Shown in pieces: positions 36,477-46,575 of a DNA stretch of 64,000 nucleotides; the first letter of the stretch is position 1, and each line of letters starts with the position of its first letter. Origin of the DNA: a virus (taxonomy: Duplodnaviria; Heunggongvirae; Uroviricota; Caudoviricetes). Under the pieces are notes generated by a model, which saw nothing but the letters and a program-made list of their open reading frames with translations, did not search any database and had not been told where the DNA came from. Where the stretch lies: the IMG/VR virus record IMGVR_UViG_3300025162_001855; one strand, written 5' to 3'. A program made the position numbers and the translations under genes.

Positions 36477-37853
36477 TTACTGAGCCTTAACGCGCTCTCG
36501 AATCAAGCTCAGGCTTTCCTCGCGTACCAGCTTACCATCTTCGTACACTACTTCAAGCACTGGATTGTGGACATGGTCACTACCTTCAATATCGGTGTGG
36601 TATGTATTGTTGATGTGATTGTAGTAGAGTTCCAAGCGACCCTTCTTTGACTTCTTGCCAAAATCCGTAACGGGATCCTTAAACACATCGCGCCATACGC
36701 CGTTCACCTTGACTGCGCTTGCCTTCATTGCAAACTTTTGCGTGTCCCGGTTCATGTGCTGGAGCAACGCACCACCCATACCAAACGCCACGTTATCCGC
36801 ACTGTAGCCCATCATCCAAAGCCTTGCGAGAATGTCCTTAATGCTCTGCTCGTTGATGCCGTCACCTTGGATGACACGAACATTGTTGAGTAGCTTGTAC
36901 CCATCTTTGGTTAGTGTGTGACCAAACTTCTTGTCCAGCAGTACCACCGAATGTGCAACAATGTCTGTTGGGTTACCCGAGTCCGGACGAACGACAAGCG
37001 TAGCACCACTGTCGATCACTTGCTGGCGTAGTGTACCACCCCAGATGTTCTCAATGGCGTTGAACAGATCGTAGCTGTCGGAAACTACTGCAACTAGCGC
37101 ACCGGGCTTGGCGAACTGCTTCAGCATATTTGCGTAAGCATCTTCCTCATGCTCCTTGCCCCAGCTGGTAATAGTGCTGTGTTCCGCTGCCGGAATACTA
37201 AAGCCCGCCATGTGCTCGTTGTAATACTTGCGGGCGAACATTAGCGCCGGAACGTTGTCGGTACCCTTGAAGTTTACAAGATGTGCAGCACCACCAATAG
37301 CCGCACTCTCCAGCGAACTTACGCCACGCGCACCAAAGTCGTGCAGCTTGAAGTCAAGACCATCGAGGTTGTTGGCACTGGTATCCAGTCGCTCCTTGAT
37401 GATCTGGCGAATGCTATGACTGATCGTTGCCACTGTGGTGGGATACCATACCGCACGAAGCAGGGCAGTCTCAACGTAGCTCGTCAACCAGGGCACTTCT
37501 GGGTCTGTGTTCTCCACCGTGACCAAAACGTTATGCGTTGGGACAATCGTTCCTTCGCGCACTGCCTTGATCTTGATTGGCAGAAAGCCATTATGCTGGA
37601 GAAGAATGTGCTTCCACCCTGCCTCATTGAAGGGCACACCGTGTAGCGCATACACTTCCTTCGCCTCCGCGATATCCTCGTATGTGATCGGCTTCAGCAG
37701 GTATTCCTTGATAAATGCCTGCAGGCCGAAAAATAGCGTGTGATCATATTCGCCCCCGCGTGACTCGATGTAACTGAATACATTGGTTGTACCTTCTGGG
37801 TACTGCGCGAAATGCGAAACCTTGTACGAATCGGTATTTAGAATCATGTTCAT
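36477..37853 (-). CDS. nadV: nicotinamide phosphoribosyltransferase (NAMPT, NadV-like)
   Basis: 458-aa ORF with conserved NAMPT blocks (DSYD, DGLDFKLHDFGARG, RPDSGNP). Confidence 0.8.
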   Translation of the reverse strand: MNMILNTDSYKVSHFAQYPEGTTNVFSYIESRGGEYDHTLFFGLQAFIKEYLLKPITYEDIAEAKEVYALHGVPFNEAGWKHILLQHNGFLPIKIKAVREGTIVPTHNVLVTVENTDPEVPWLTSYVETALLRAVWYPTTVATISHSIRQIIKERLDTSANNLDGLDFKLHDFGARGVSSLESAAIGGAAHLVNFKGTDNVPALMFARKYYNEHMAGFSIPAAEHSTITSWGKEHEEDAYANMLKQFAKPGALVAVVSDSYDLFNAIENIWGGTLRQQVIDSGATLVVRPDSGNPTDIVAHSVVLLDKKFGHTLTKDGYKLLNNVRVIQGDGINEQSIKDILARLWMMGYSADNVAFGMGGALLQHMNRDTQKFAMKASAVKVNGVWRDVFKDPVTDFGKKSKKGRLELYYNHINNTYHTDIEGSDHVHNPVLEVVYEDGKLVREESLSLIRERVKAQ

Positions 37854-37899
37854 TTGGATCTACTCCTTAGTTAAAAAACGTGCCGGTCTACCCTGCACT

Positions 37900-38163
37900 T
37901 TACCATTCAACAATCGTATACATATCGACAAACTGCCTTTCTTCGTAATAAAACGAAACCTTGAATCCGAGCTTTTCAAGTTTGGCCACTCCTTGTTTCC
38001 AATCATCCGATTTACTATATCCACCATTAACCCAAAACGGATCATGCAATGCCACCTTACGCTTCTTGGCCTTGGCGGCTTCTTCAATCACCTTACCAGC
38101 ATCTTCAACTCTCTCATCAATTGTGGGACCTGCAAGGTTGCGTGCTTCATTTGCTGTAATCAT
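37900..38163 (-). CDS. small hypothetical protein inserted between nadV and natV
   Basis: ORF track; 87 aa. Confidence 0.35.
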   Translation of the reverse strand: MITANEARNLAGPTIDERVEDAGKVIEEAAKAKKRKVALHDPFWVNGGYSKSDDWKQGVAKLEKLGFKVSFYYEERQFVDMYTIVEW

Positions 38164-38173
38164 GTTGCTCTCC

Positions 38174-39253
38174 TTACGCCCTGTTAATCATCTTAGATGC
38201 AATCGAGTAGTGGTCCTCGTACATCTCTGCGGTCATTGTGTAAAACTTAGAAAGTGGAACCCACTTGGCGCGTTCAGCATCATCACTTCCGCGTACCTTT
38301 GGTAGGTTGCGCTCGTGTAGCACAATCAGATATGCGTGTGTAATCGTGCGTCCGCGTTCACTGCGGTTGGGATGATCAAATACTTGTGAACCTTTGATGC
38401 TGGCACGCAGCACATCTCCATGTATCCGAATGCGAGTCTCTTCTTCGAGTTCACGAAGCATAGAATCTTCAATCCTCTCATTTGGACCGAGGAAGCCACC
38501 GGGCAATGCCCACAACCCCTTACCCGGCGCCATACGACGCTTGATGAGTAGAATGTGCCCATTGCAAATGACCACAGCGTCCGTTGTCACAAACACTGGT
38601 TGGAATGGTGCATTGGACCACATCTGCTTATAGTCCTTAAGGAACTTGTGTTCTTCACAGAGTGCGTTATTAAGGGCGGGGTTATTCTGGCGCCACGTAT
38701 CGATGAAATTCTTTACGCGCTCGGGCATAACATCTGCCGGTACCATCTTGTTACCAAACAGAATGTCACGGATGGTAGTCGAGTCCAGTGTATCGAAGTT
38801 TGGAACCTCAACAACTTCGTAATTTGGAAACATATCGAGATAGTAAGACGAATCGTCTTTGTGGTGGCCAATGATACAAACAGACTTGCCAACTGCCGTA
38901 TCATAAATGTTATCTAATTCGTTTTCGATTTCTTGCTGCACCATAGCAACCCACTGTTGGTCATTGTAGAGATCGTCTACAAGTGGTGCCGATATTGTGC
39001 CCGGGGGTAACATTGCAGCCCGTTCGTCATAAGTGAACGGGTTCTTAATGTTGCGTGCAATAAAGGAACTGCCGATGAGCACCAGGACGTTGTCCGAATG
39101 CTTTTTGGCTTCCTCAATCAACTTTTCGTGGGCATTATGGAATGGCTGAAAGCGCCCGATGATCACTGCTAGATCATAGCGCCTGGGTGTGATGGCCTTA
39201 TCGGACCATCCCATTGGGGACTTGTGTATATGAGCTGTTGTATTCATTACCAT
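38174..39253 (-). CDS. natV: bifunctional NMN adenylyltransferase / Nudix hydrolase (NatV-like)
   Basis: N-terminal nucleotidyltransferase motif GRFQPFHNAH and C-terminal Nudix box GGFLGPNERIEDSMLRELEEETRI. Confidence 0.75.
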   Translation of the reverse strand: MVMNTTAHIHKSPMGWSDKAITPRRYDLAVIIGRFQPFHNAHEKLIEEAKKHSDNVLVLIGSSFIARNIKNPFTYDERAAMLPPGTISAPLVDDLYNDQQWVAMVQQEIENELDNIYDTAVGKSVCIIGHHKDDSSYYLDMFPNYEVVEVPNFDTLDSTTIRDILFGNKMVPADVMPERVKNFIDTWRQNNPALNNALCEEHKFLKDYKQMWSNAPFQPVFVTTDAVVICNGHILLIKRRMAPGKGLWALPGGFLGPNERIEDSMLRELEEETRIRIHGDVLRASIKGSQVFDHPNRSERGRTITHAYLIVLHERNLPKVRGSDDAERAKWVPLSKFYTMTAEMYEDHYSIASKMINRA

Positions 39254-39312
39254 GTGGATCTACTCCTTGTTAAAAATGCAACTGGTCTACCCTGTTGCAA
39301 AAGTATTTAGCC

Positions 39313-39531
39313 TTAACCGTCTAAAAGTCCAAAATCTACAATCCATCTCATCCTATCGGCATATGCGTGCGCTTCGTCTCGTGTCCTAAAGCGTTCAAGT
39401 GGTTGCCATCTAAAGAACCAAACATTTGGGTTGTATATCTCAACCTGCCACCGAACCATTTCGGGACCAAATTTAACTCCGGTTTTAATTACCCGAATTT
39501 GACTTATTGGCTTTCGCAGTTTCGATAACAC
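39313..39531 (-). CDS. small hypothetical protein
   Basis: ORF track only. Confidence 0.3.
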   Translation of the reverse strand: MLSKLRKPISQIRVIKTGVKFGPEMVRWQVEIYNPNVWFFRWQPLERFRTRDEAHAYADRMRWIVDFGLLDG

Positions 39532-39826
39532 TTACTAACCCCGCAACACGAGAAAGCAACTCGGAATTCAATGCGACCATGTTGTTCAGCAATTCCGTCG
39601 ATGCTCGCCTAAACATATTATAAAAGATTCCATTTACAAAATCAAGCCCGCACCACATAACCACACCCAGTGCCCAAAATGCAGCAACATCATTATTGGC
39701 ATTGTGCAGTTTGATTGCCGATGCTGCGGCAAAAACCATTACCACAACATGAATACCAACCTGAATGAAATCCCTTATCTTTTCATCTCTAGTCGATACT
39801 ACTTCTTTTGGAGTTGCTTCAGCCAT
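39485..39826 (-). CDS. small membrane protein
   Basis: ORF track; hydrophobic helices. Confidence 0.3.
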   Translation of the reverse strand: MAEATPKEVVSTRDEKIRDFIQVGIHVVVMVFAAASAIKLHNANNDVAAFWALGVVMWCGLDFVNGIFYNMFRRASTELLNNMVALNSELLSRVAGLVSVIETAKANKSNSGN

Positions 39827-40756
39827 TCTCTTTCATCCTCTGTGTCGGTGATTCGATATTCCGTAACTTCAATGCCATCTAGACTATATGGAATATGTGG
39901 ATACTGTACCGGTTCGGGTATTTTTACCGATTTCGGCACTTCCTTCTTTTTAGTCCGTTCAACGTTATAGTCAAAATAATTCATTAACGCCTTATAGATT
40001 AGCAATATCACCAATCTTGTAATAAAACATTGTGAGTCCGCGCTGGCGAGCAATGTATTCGGCTACTGCCGAGGTTGCCGAAAGTCGACCCTTATCAAAG
40101 GTTGGATAACTCAAAACAAATGCCTTGGCTTGTTTATGAATCTCTGTGGCCTGTTCGGCTGTTGCTGCAATCAATGTACTCATCGTTCGGTATCCTCGTT
40201 GTCTTCCTGGAGAGATCTAATAAACCTATTAGCGTGGGCAAGTTCCTGTTCAAGATACTTTGCCCGCTCGGTCAATCGTTTGATTGTACCTTTGTTTGAT
40301 TCAAGATGGAATTCTAATTCTGCAATCCGATCATCAATCTGCTTTTTCGACATTCTCATTTTGGTTCCAATCCTGCAATACGGGATTCTAAATTGTTAAT
40401 TCGGTGTAGCAGCAAGGCAATCATAATGTATGGCCCCATCGTTTCACCGTACCTGTTCAATTCTCCAGCATTCCAATCGTTCATAAGTTTTAGAATCTCT
40501 GGATGACTGGCGCATACTTTTAGCTCGCCGGCTGGAGTAATCTCCAACATCTTTGTCGGGGCACTCTGCGAAATTGTAAGTTCCATTAATTCACCAATGA
40601 GTAGATTGTTGAAGTCGATGTACACATTATACAGATAAAAACGGATAATGTAAGCCCAACAGGGCAAACACCACACTTAAAAACAACTTTTCATTTGGTG
40701 ACTTCAGTGCGCCAAAAACACCAGCAGCAATAGTTGCCACTACAATTACCGCAACA

Positions 40757-41092
40757 TCAACGACCTCGGGTCGAATCATTATTCTTCTCCAAAGCAACCA
40801 TGCCCATATTACTGATACCAAGATACTGTTTGCCGGTAACAATATCGGTAATAAGATACACACCGCGGTATCCAGTTGTGGACATATTATCCTTCAGTAC
40901 ATCAATCCTTTCAACCTTAAACCTTAATACATCAATTGATGGAATTATGGTTGGGTGCTGTGTTTGCTCGACCTGTCCTTGCAATCCTTTAAGGTGTTGG
41001 ATTGAGAGTTGGCGATCATCAGCATCGGGTTCTTCATGCGGAGATGAACAGCCAGATAGTAACAGTGCAGTGAGCAGAATGGATTTGTACAT
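40757..41092 (-). CDS. lipoprotein
   Basis: Signal peptide with lipobox LLSGC in MYKSILLTALLLSGCSS. Confidence 0.45.
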   Translation of the reverse strand: MYKSILLTALLLSGCSSPHEEPDADDRQLSIQHLKGLQGQVEQTQHPTIIPSIDVLRFKVERIDVLKDNMSTTGYRGVYLITDIVTGKQYLGISNMGMVALEKNNDSTRGR

Positions 41093-41890
41093 ATCCTGTA
41101 TTTAGTATCTCACGCGCACCGAAGCTGACGTTCTACGGATGCAATATCGCAATGCTCAAGTGGAATGACCACATTGACTCCGTTGATTGCCTTGATGACA
41201 ATGTATTCGGTAAGGCTCCGACCAAGGAGGAAGGATACCACCTGAGATGGTGTGGAAAGGGTACGTGATCGTGTGGGCCATTTCTTGTCAAAGACGTGAT
41301 ACATCATTAGCTCCATGGGCTCAAAAATTGAAGGTGGGCAGCGTCGTAAACAAGAGCGCCGCGTGCAAACCCAACGCGCCATCGTCGCGGGCTAATCTGT
41401 CGAATGACACCCGACCCCCATTCGGGCCACCAACGGTCGTAAACTAGAGTTCCCGACTTTATCTTATTCATGCTACTCATCCTTTGGTAGTTCCGGCAAC
41501 GGCATCCAGTGTGTAATCATATTATGCAACGGATTACTCCGTGATAGCAAGGACCATTGCGGACCATCATCTAGAACCCAGTACCATTGGACATTCATTG
41601 TGCAAGGTGGGGTAAACGTTAGCACCAGTGAATCGTGTTCCGGTTGATAATCTTTCATGCTGACCCACTTGCTCATAGTTTCTTTCCTTCACGGAGTACG
41701 GCGTAAACCAACTCCTGTACATCACTCGGACCTTCTTCACCGTAATACAGCCAACCATCGTCGGCTATTGCTTGCAGTGCCGTTGTCAGCCTTGCAACCT
41801 TTGCGTCATAATCGCAGGCAAGGACATATTCGCCGCGTTCGGCCTCTTCCATACCACCCGTAGTACAATTATATCGCTTCGTATCCATCA

Positions 41891-42091
41891 TTATCTCCCA
41901 CTAGATCCTGGAGTAGTGAACCAACCCCGAATTTCTTTATTACAGCATTGACAGCGCATCTTTTGATCGGTGTACCCACCATCTCCAAATCCCATGAATT
42001 CCCAACGGTGAATCCCTATCCTGCAACGTAGTCTCATAGCCTTCATTTCCCGTACTCCTGTCCGGCAAGGGTGGTGCGCTTCAAATTCCAT
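41891..42091 (-). CDS. small zinc-ribbon protein
   Basis: CRTG...CRIG...CQCC cysteine pairs. Confidence 0.3.
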   Translation of the reverse strand: MEFEAHHPCRTGVREMKAMRLRCRIGIHRWEFMGFGDGGYTDQKMRCQCCNKEIRGWFTTPGSSGR

Positions 42092-42445
42092 TCGTCCACA
42101 CCAATGTAGATGCGTCCCGGCAGCGGCTCACGAAAGCACCACGGGTCGTAGCAGGAACATGCAACCGGCTCCAGATCAGAAGCCCGTACCGGGAACACCA
42201 TGCGATCCTCACAGCGGACGAGAATATTTGCGGGATTCTGAAATGCGTTCATTTTCCTCCCTCCATCTGCACCGTGCAGCGTGGGCATTCTAAAACCATT
42301 GTGGTGTTCAATTGAAGCCCGTAACGCTCCGGCACGGCGTGTAGCTTAGTTCCGCAACTGTTGCAATGCGTTGGCGTCGGTGGCGCTGTTGCGACCAGCC
42401 ACGAGACACCTCCTAGAAGCGCCACAATCAGGCAAAGTAATGCGA

Positions 42446-42820
42446 TCATGATTTCGGCCCCGCCTCGGGCGCTTCGTCACAGCCGCACGGCCCTACTGGC
42501 AGCGCCGGGGCGTTATGCGTCGCGCAGTCGGATGCGTGACCATCACCGAGCGCAGCGGCGGCGGGCGGCAGGGGGATCAGGAAGTCCGAAAGCTGTTCGT
42601 TGGCGTCCCTATTGTGTAGGCATACGTACTCCACGAAATCGTTATGCGCCTCTATCGCGGCGCGGAGGGCGTCGCGGTCGGCAACGGCCCGCATAGCCTC
42701 AAGGATCTGGCGGTCGCACTGGCGCGTGATTACCTCCAACTCCGCCCGCGCTTCGTCGAGTTGGGAGCGGAGAAGATTCACCTCTCGTACGAGAGCCTCT
42801 ACGAATTGGTCACTCATTAT
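42446..42820 (-). CDS. coiled-coil protein inside the GC-rich island
   Basis: Start at MSDQFVEALVREVNLLRSQLDEARAELEV; the gene is GC-rich. Confidence 0.35.
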   Translation of the reverse strand: MMSDQFVEALVREVNLLRSQLDEARAELEVITRQCDRQILEAMRAVADRDALRAAIEAHNDFVEYVCLHNRDANEQLSDFLIPLPPAAAALGDGHASDCATHNAPALPVGPCGCDEAPEAGPKS

Positions 42821-43230
42821 GCGGCCTCCATTACCTTCTTCGGCACAAAAACGTACAGTCCACCAAAGCAAGTCAAGTCACCAACGTAGGTATCGAGCTC
42901 TTCGGTGAACTGGGACTGGGCCGTAGTGATGCGGTACACTGGTGTCCGACCAGTCTGACGCAGTGCATCCTTAAAGGAGTCGCCAACAATGATGTACTCG
43001 ACATCCGGGAGCGCCTCACGGGCCAGAAAGGACTGCGCGTTGAAACGGCACACGGTCCGATTCTTCTTGTACCGACCAGCAGTGCCGGTCAACTTTGCCG
43101 GAATCCAAACGTCGGTATCGCCATCGGGCATCCAATTGTTTCCGAGCTTGTACGCAAAAGCAAATCGACCGATCTGCTTCCCATCCACGTGAATCGAATC
43201 CTTGCGCATGGTGTACTGGTAAATGCCCAT
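42817..43230 (-). CDS. hypothetical protein (138 aa after start correction)
   Basis: Start at MGIYQY with a GGAG ribosome-binding site; the upstream 50 codons of the ORF look non-coding. Confidence 0.4.
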   Translation of the reverse strand: MGIYQYTMRKDSIHVDGKQIGRFAFAYKLGNNWMPDGDTDVWIPAKLTGTAGRYKKNRTVCRFNAQSFLAREALPDVEYIIVGDSFKDALRQTGRTPVYRITTAQSQFTEELDTYVGDLTCFGGLYVFVPKKVMEAA

Positions 43231-43231
43231 C

Positions 43232-43585
43232 TTACTTCTCCGAGAGATACTTAACAATGAACTTGGCTGCACCAAGGTAGTCGTTGTACTTGAAGAGGTT
43301 CCGATCCTGCCAAGCCCGCTCATTCGGCACGTTGGTGTTGAATTCGAACTCGCCCTTGTCGCCAGTGTACACAACGATGTCATCGCTGTTCCGGTTCTCG
43401 GAGAACGCTACCTTCTTGCCCTTCAGGCCATCAAACGACTTCTGGAGCGAAAAGCCCTGCTCACGGCAGTTAACGTACACGCGAAGATCGAGATCTTCGT
43501 CGTTCTTGGAACGCTTGGCCACCTTGCGGATCTCGGCGAGAACCTTCTTGGCCTTGGTGTTGTTGATGCAGTTGTAAACGCGCAT
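43232..43585 (-). CDS. hypothetical protein (117 aa)
   Basis: ORF track only. Confidence 0.4.
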   Translation of the reverse strand: MRVYNCINNTKAKKVLAEIRKVAKRSKNDEDLDLRVYVNCREQGFSLQKSFDGLKGKKVAFSENRNSDDIVVYTGDKGEFEFNTNVPNERAWQDRNLFKYNDYLGAAKFIVKYLSEK

Positions 43586-43595
43586 GGTGTTCTCC

Positions 43596-43847
43596 TTAGA
43601 CCACAGTCAGCTGGATTTGGAACGCGCCGTACGTGCGTCCGGTGCCGACAGTTTCGGCAATGTCCTTCGCGAGACGGGACAGTGTCCGGTCATCGTCGAG
43701 GCTTTCAATTGCGCTGCGCAGCGAAAGGTTCAGGGGCGCAAAGTCGCCAGCATTGCCGTCGCGTAGTGCCTTGGCAGTCGTGTAAAACGACACCGTGCCA
43801 TTAACGCGGACCAGCATCTTCTGGGACCCTTTGAGCTTTCTGTTCAT
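43596..43847 (-). CDS. hypothetical protein; first gene downstream of the promoter cassette (copy 2)
   Basis: ORF track; promoter and GGAG ribosome-binding site upstream. Confidence 0.4.
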   Translation of the reverse strand: MNRKLKGSQKMLVRVNGTVSFYTTAKALRDGNAGDFAPLNLSLRSAIESLDDDRTLSRLAKDIAETVGTGRTYGAFQIQLTVV

Positions 43848-43876
43848 TTGACCAATCTCCAGTTACCTTATGCTCG

Positions 43877-43955
43877 TATAATACGAGAATTTGGATCCAG
43901 TTGCAACAACTAAATCGTCAATGTTTTCAATGACTTGTAAGTCTTTGATTTGTAT
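43877..43955 (-). promoter_or_regulatory. conserved promoter cassette, copy 2
   Basis: TTGCAA, 17-nt spacer, TATTAT, preceded by AATCAAAGACTTACAAGTCATTGAAAACATTGACGATTTAGTTG. Confidence 0.5.
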
Positions 43956-43962
43956 AGAGATT

Positions 43963-44223
43963 CTACCAAACGCACTGCACTAGATCTTCTAGAATCTTTC
44001 GAAGCTCTTCGAGGTTCGATTCCAAAAAACGAATCGTTATAGAGAAGTGAACATCGGGTGCTCGACCTCCCCACCTTGCTGATTCATCTTCGGCGTCGCG
44101 ATTCTTCTTGAGATCCGCCAATAGCATTTCCTTGCCGGCAATGGTATTCCGGAGATTGGCAATTACTGTTTGGACATCCATCAGAAGTTTTCCAGTGCAA
44201 TGAACTTCTTGGGCATGTTCCAT
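43963..44223 (-). CDS. hypothetical protein
   Basis: ORF track only. Confidence 0.35.
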   Translation of the reverse strand: MEHAQEVHCTGKLLMDVQTVIANLRNTIAGKEMLLADLKKNRDAEDESARWGGRAPDVHFSITIRFLESNLEELRKILEDLVQCVW

Positions 44224-44411
44224 TCCTTCGGATAGTCGCCACGCTTTACCTTTTCGAGTCCAGCAGACGAGATAGCATACACCGAATGATCGTTTGGTTC
44301 GATCATTAGCACATCGAGATCACCATGTTCAGCGAGCTGTTCGGTAAGGGCCTTGATAAGTTCGGACGTTTTCATTTCAGGTACTCCAATATGCTTCGCG
44401 GCTTTGATCAC
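44181..44411 (-). CDS. hypothetical protein
   Basis: ORF track only. Confidence 0.35.
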   Translation of the reverse strand: MIKAAKHIGVPEMKTSELIKALTEQLAEHGDLDVLMIEPNDHSVYAISSAGLEKVKRGDYPKEWNMPKKFIALENF

Positions 44412-44604
44412 AGCAACCCGGTGCGGGTTGCTTTGGCAGGTCTACAAGGGCAACCGCAGCCCATGTATTGACCCCACGATAATTGCGCTTGTTTAGCGCA
44501 ACTGCACCACGTCGGGCGCCAACTAGCGTCTCGTAACGCTTGGCACCGAGGCTGTTGCCCTTGTAAGCAAAACCTGTGAGCGGATTGTAAACGGCGTACA
44601 TCAT
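44377..44604 (-). CDS. small hypothetical protein
   Basis: Start at internal Met (MMYAVYNPLTGF...); the upstream part of the ORF is a GC-rich alternative-frame artefact. Confidence 0.3.
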   Translation of the reverse strand: MMYAVYNPLTGFAYKGNSLGAKRYETLVGARRGAVALNKRNYRGVNTWAAVALVDLPKQPAPGCCDQSREAYWST

Positions 44605-45068
44605 GCTACCTCGTACTTGTCGTATAAGAACGACTCGTAATCGTCCTTGGCCTTGTCGGCCTTCTGCTCCTCGGTCAGCACCTGCTGCTCGAGGTAGTAT
44701 TCGTACGAGCACTCGTATTCTTCGCGAGCACGACGCGCATCGCGATCGACCTTGGAAGCCGCTGCCGCAGCAATGTACGCGGGGTCGGTCTCTTCGACAA
44801 CCCAACCTTCTTCGCGCATCTCTTCGCGGCCTTCGAACGTGCTCTTGCGCTGCTCGATGTCGGCGTGCAACTGCTCAACCGCAGCACGAAGCTGGGCCAG
44901 CGCCGCACGGAGGTCGGACACGCAGGTGAAGCCATCGGCGCAACCAACAATCCAACGCGGGCGGAAGCCATTCACATCCTTGTGGAAGTCGCTGTAGTAG
45001 CTGGCCACCGAGTTGTACTCGGCCGACAATTCCGGCTCCCCGGGAAAATTAAATTCGGTGTCGAACAT
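44601..45068 (-). CDS. acidic hypothetical protein (155 aa); downstream of promoter cassette copy 3
   Basis: Start corrected to Met-19 (MFDTEFNF) because the annotated start at 45122 lies inside the -35/-10 of the conserved promoter. Confidence 0.4.
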   Translation of the reverse strand: MFDTEFNFPGEPELSAEYNSVASYYSDFHKDVNGFRPRWIVGCADGFTCVSDLRAALAQLRAAVEQLHADIEQRKSTFEGREEMREEGWVVEETDPAYIAAAAASKVDRDARRAREEYECSYEYYLEQQVLTEEQKADKAKDDYESFLYDKYEVA

Positions 45069-45100
45069 TTGTTTGTCCTGCTTCCTTATCCTGTAAACGT

Positions 45101-45175
45101 ATATTACCTGATTTGGATCCAAATTGCAACAACTAAATCTTCAATGTTTTCAATGACTTGTAGGTCGTTGATTTA
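45101..45175 (-). promoter_or_regulatory. conserved promoter cassette, copy 3
   Basis: TTGCAA, 17-nt spacer, TAATAT, preceded by AATCAACGACCTACAAGTCATTGAAAACATTGAAGATTTAGTTG. Confidence 0.5.
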
Positions 45176-45466
45176 CTTGGAGTTTTTAAGTATATACATT
45201 AAAATGTCCGGAGAGTCAACCACAATCACATCCTCCGGAACACGAAGCGTCTCCCGCCAAAATCCGTCTGTTACCCATTTACGGGTGTTAGTATCCCATC
45301 CGTGGCCTTGGTTGTGGATTCGAAGGCGGACATATTTTGGTGTGCTGTTTACTACCACGCCAACACGGAGAGCATTTCGGTAATGTGTCACCACCGATGC
45401 TTGCATTGCAATAGGATTACCCATCAAGTCTAAATGTACTGGAGGAGGGGCTTTTACCTTGGCCAT
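45173..45466 (-). CDS. hypothetical protein; paralog of 52971-53318
   Basis: Shared blocks VVTHYRNALRVG and SPDILMYILKNS with the ORF at 52971. Confidence 0.4.
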   Translation of the reverse strand: MAKVKAPPPVHLDLMGNPIAMQASVVTHYRNALRVGVVVNSTPKYVRLRIHNQGHGWDTNTRKWVTDGFWRETLRVPEDVIVVDSPDILMYILKNSK

Positions 45467-45469
45467 AAA

Positions 45470-45670
45470 TTATCGATTATTTTTCTCGGCTTCGTACCTT
45501 GCTTTGAGATCCTGTTCAAGTTCGTAAAACAATTCCCCGAGCGTTTGCAATCCCGGAATTGGTGTGGGCTCGATTGTTTGATTGGGATAAGTGATGCTGA
45601 CCACCTTGGCCTTCTTCTTGGTTGCTAGTTTCTTCTTGCGGTGTTCGTCAAAGTTAACTACGTTACTCAT
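45470..45670 (-). CDS. small hypothetical protein
   Basis: ORF track only. Confidence 0.3.
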   Translation of the reverse strand: MSNVVNFDEHRKKKLATKKKAKVVSITYPNQTIEPTPIPGLQTLGELFYELEQDLKARYEAEKNNR

Positions 45671-45987
45671 AGACTCGATCCTACTGCTGATTCGGCCTTG
45701 GATTTAATGAGAATGCGGGCCGACTTGTATTGCTCATAAAGATCCTTGAGCATTGGATGAGTTTCTGCTTCTTCCTCTTCTTTCATCTTACGCTGGATCC
45801 AGGCGAAAATCTTGGGGTCCATTGTTACTGTAAGCAACCCTGGAGTGATTGGCGTAACCTCGGCATTGAAGCCCATGACTTCAAATCGTTGAGCCGAGCT
45901 GTTCCACTTTACTATTCCGGACTGATAACAACTACCAGTGGAAATTGTTGCTTGAATACCGTTTTGGCCGAATCCCGATCCAATCAT
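45667..45987 (-). CDS. hypothetical protein
   Basis: ORF track only. Confidence 0.35.
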   Translation of the reverse strand: MIGSGFGQNGIQATISTGSCYQSGIVKWNSSAQRFEVMGFNAEVTPITPGLLTVTMDPKIFAWIQRKMKEEEEAETHPMLKDLYEQYKSARILIKSKAESAVGSSL

Positions 45988-46319
45988 TTGGCTTCCCCTT
46001 CCTTCTTAATTTCTTCAAGTTCTTGTGCAGTGTAAATCGAATTGTGAATTTCTAAATAGCCGGCCATTTGTGCTGCGGTATATGCTTCCATCCCAAACCC
46101 AAATACATCATAGAGCACATAGCGGTATGAGCCACGGAGTTCAATATCACCCTTGTGAATACGGCGAACTACTGCACAAAATGCTTGGAGTTGCTGTTCC
46201 TTGGTCAAAGAGTTCCAATATTCTTCGCTGAGATCTTCTTCTTGGGCCATGACAGAATTAAACACTTCGCTAAAGTCCTGGAGTGCATCCACAAGCGATT
46301 TCTTTTTATCTTCTTCCAT
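45984..46319 (-). CDS. hypothetical protein
   Basis: ORF track only. Confidence 0.35.
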   Translation of the reverse strand: MEEDKKKSLVDALQDFSEVFNSVMAQEEDLSEEYWNSLTKEQQLQAFCAVVRRIHKGDIELRGSYRYVLYDVFGFGMEAYTAAQMAGYLEIHNSIYTAQELEEIKKEGEAK

Positions 46320-46322
46320 ATG

Positions 46323-46574
46323 TCACCACTTCTTGTTGTTCATGTAATGTTCGAGTTTCTTAATTCTTCGATCACCGGCAAGCATCAGCTCTTCACCATC
46401 AACATAACCTTCTTCGGTGAGTAGCTTTACCAGTGCCAACAATCCGCCAAACTCATCTGTGAGCTTATCCATGGTTTCTTGGGATTTTCCAAAGCGGTGA
46501 ATCTTGGCAACTTCTTGCACAATATCCCCGCATGTTCCCTGCAATAGCACCATCAATTCTTGTTCTCTGTTCAT
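46323..46574 (-). CDS. small hypothetical protein
   Basis: ORF track only. Confidence 0.3.
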   Translation of the reverse strand: MNREQELMVLLQGTCGDIVQEVAKIHRFGKSQETMDKLTDEFGGLLALVKLLTEEGYVDGEELMLAGDRRIKKLEHYMNNKKW

Positions 46575-46575
46575 T

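Noticed and set aside
44377-44971. Overlapping ORFs 44377-44805 (N-terminal 67 codons), 44675-44971 and 44603-44929 (plus strand)
   Set aside because: High-GC alternative-frame artefacts overlapping the better-supported genes 44377-44604 and 44601-45068.
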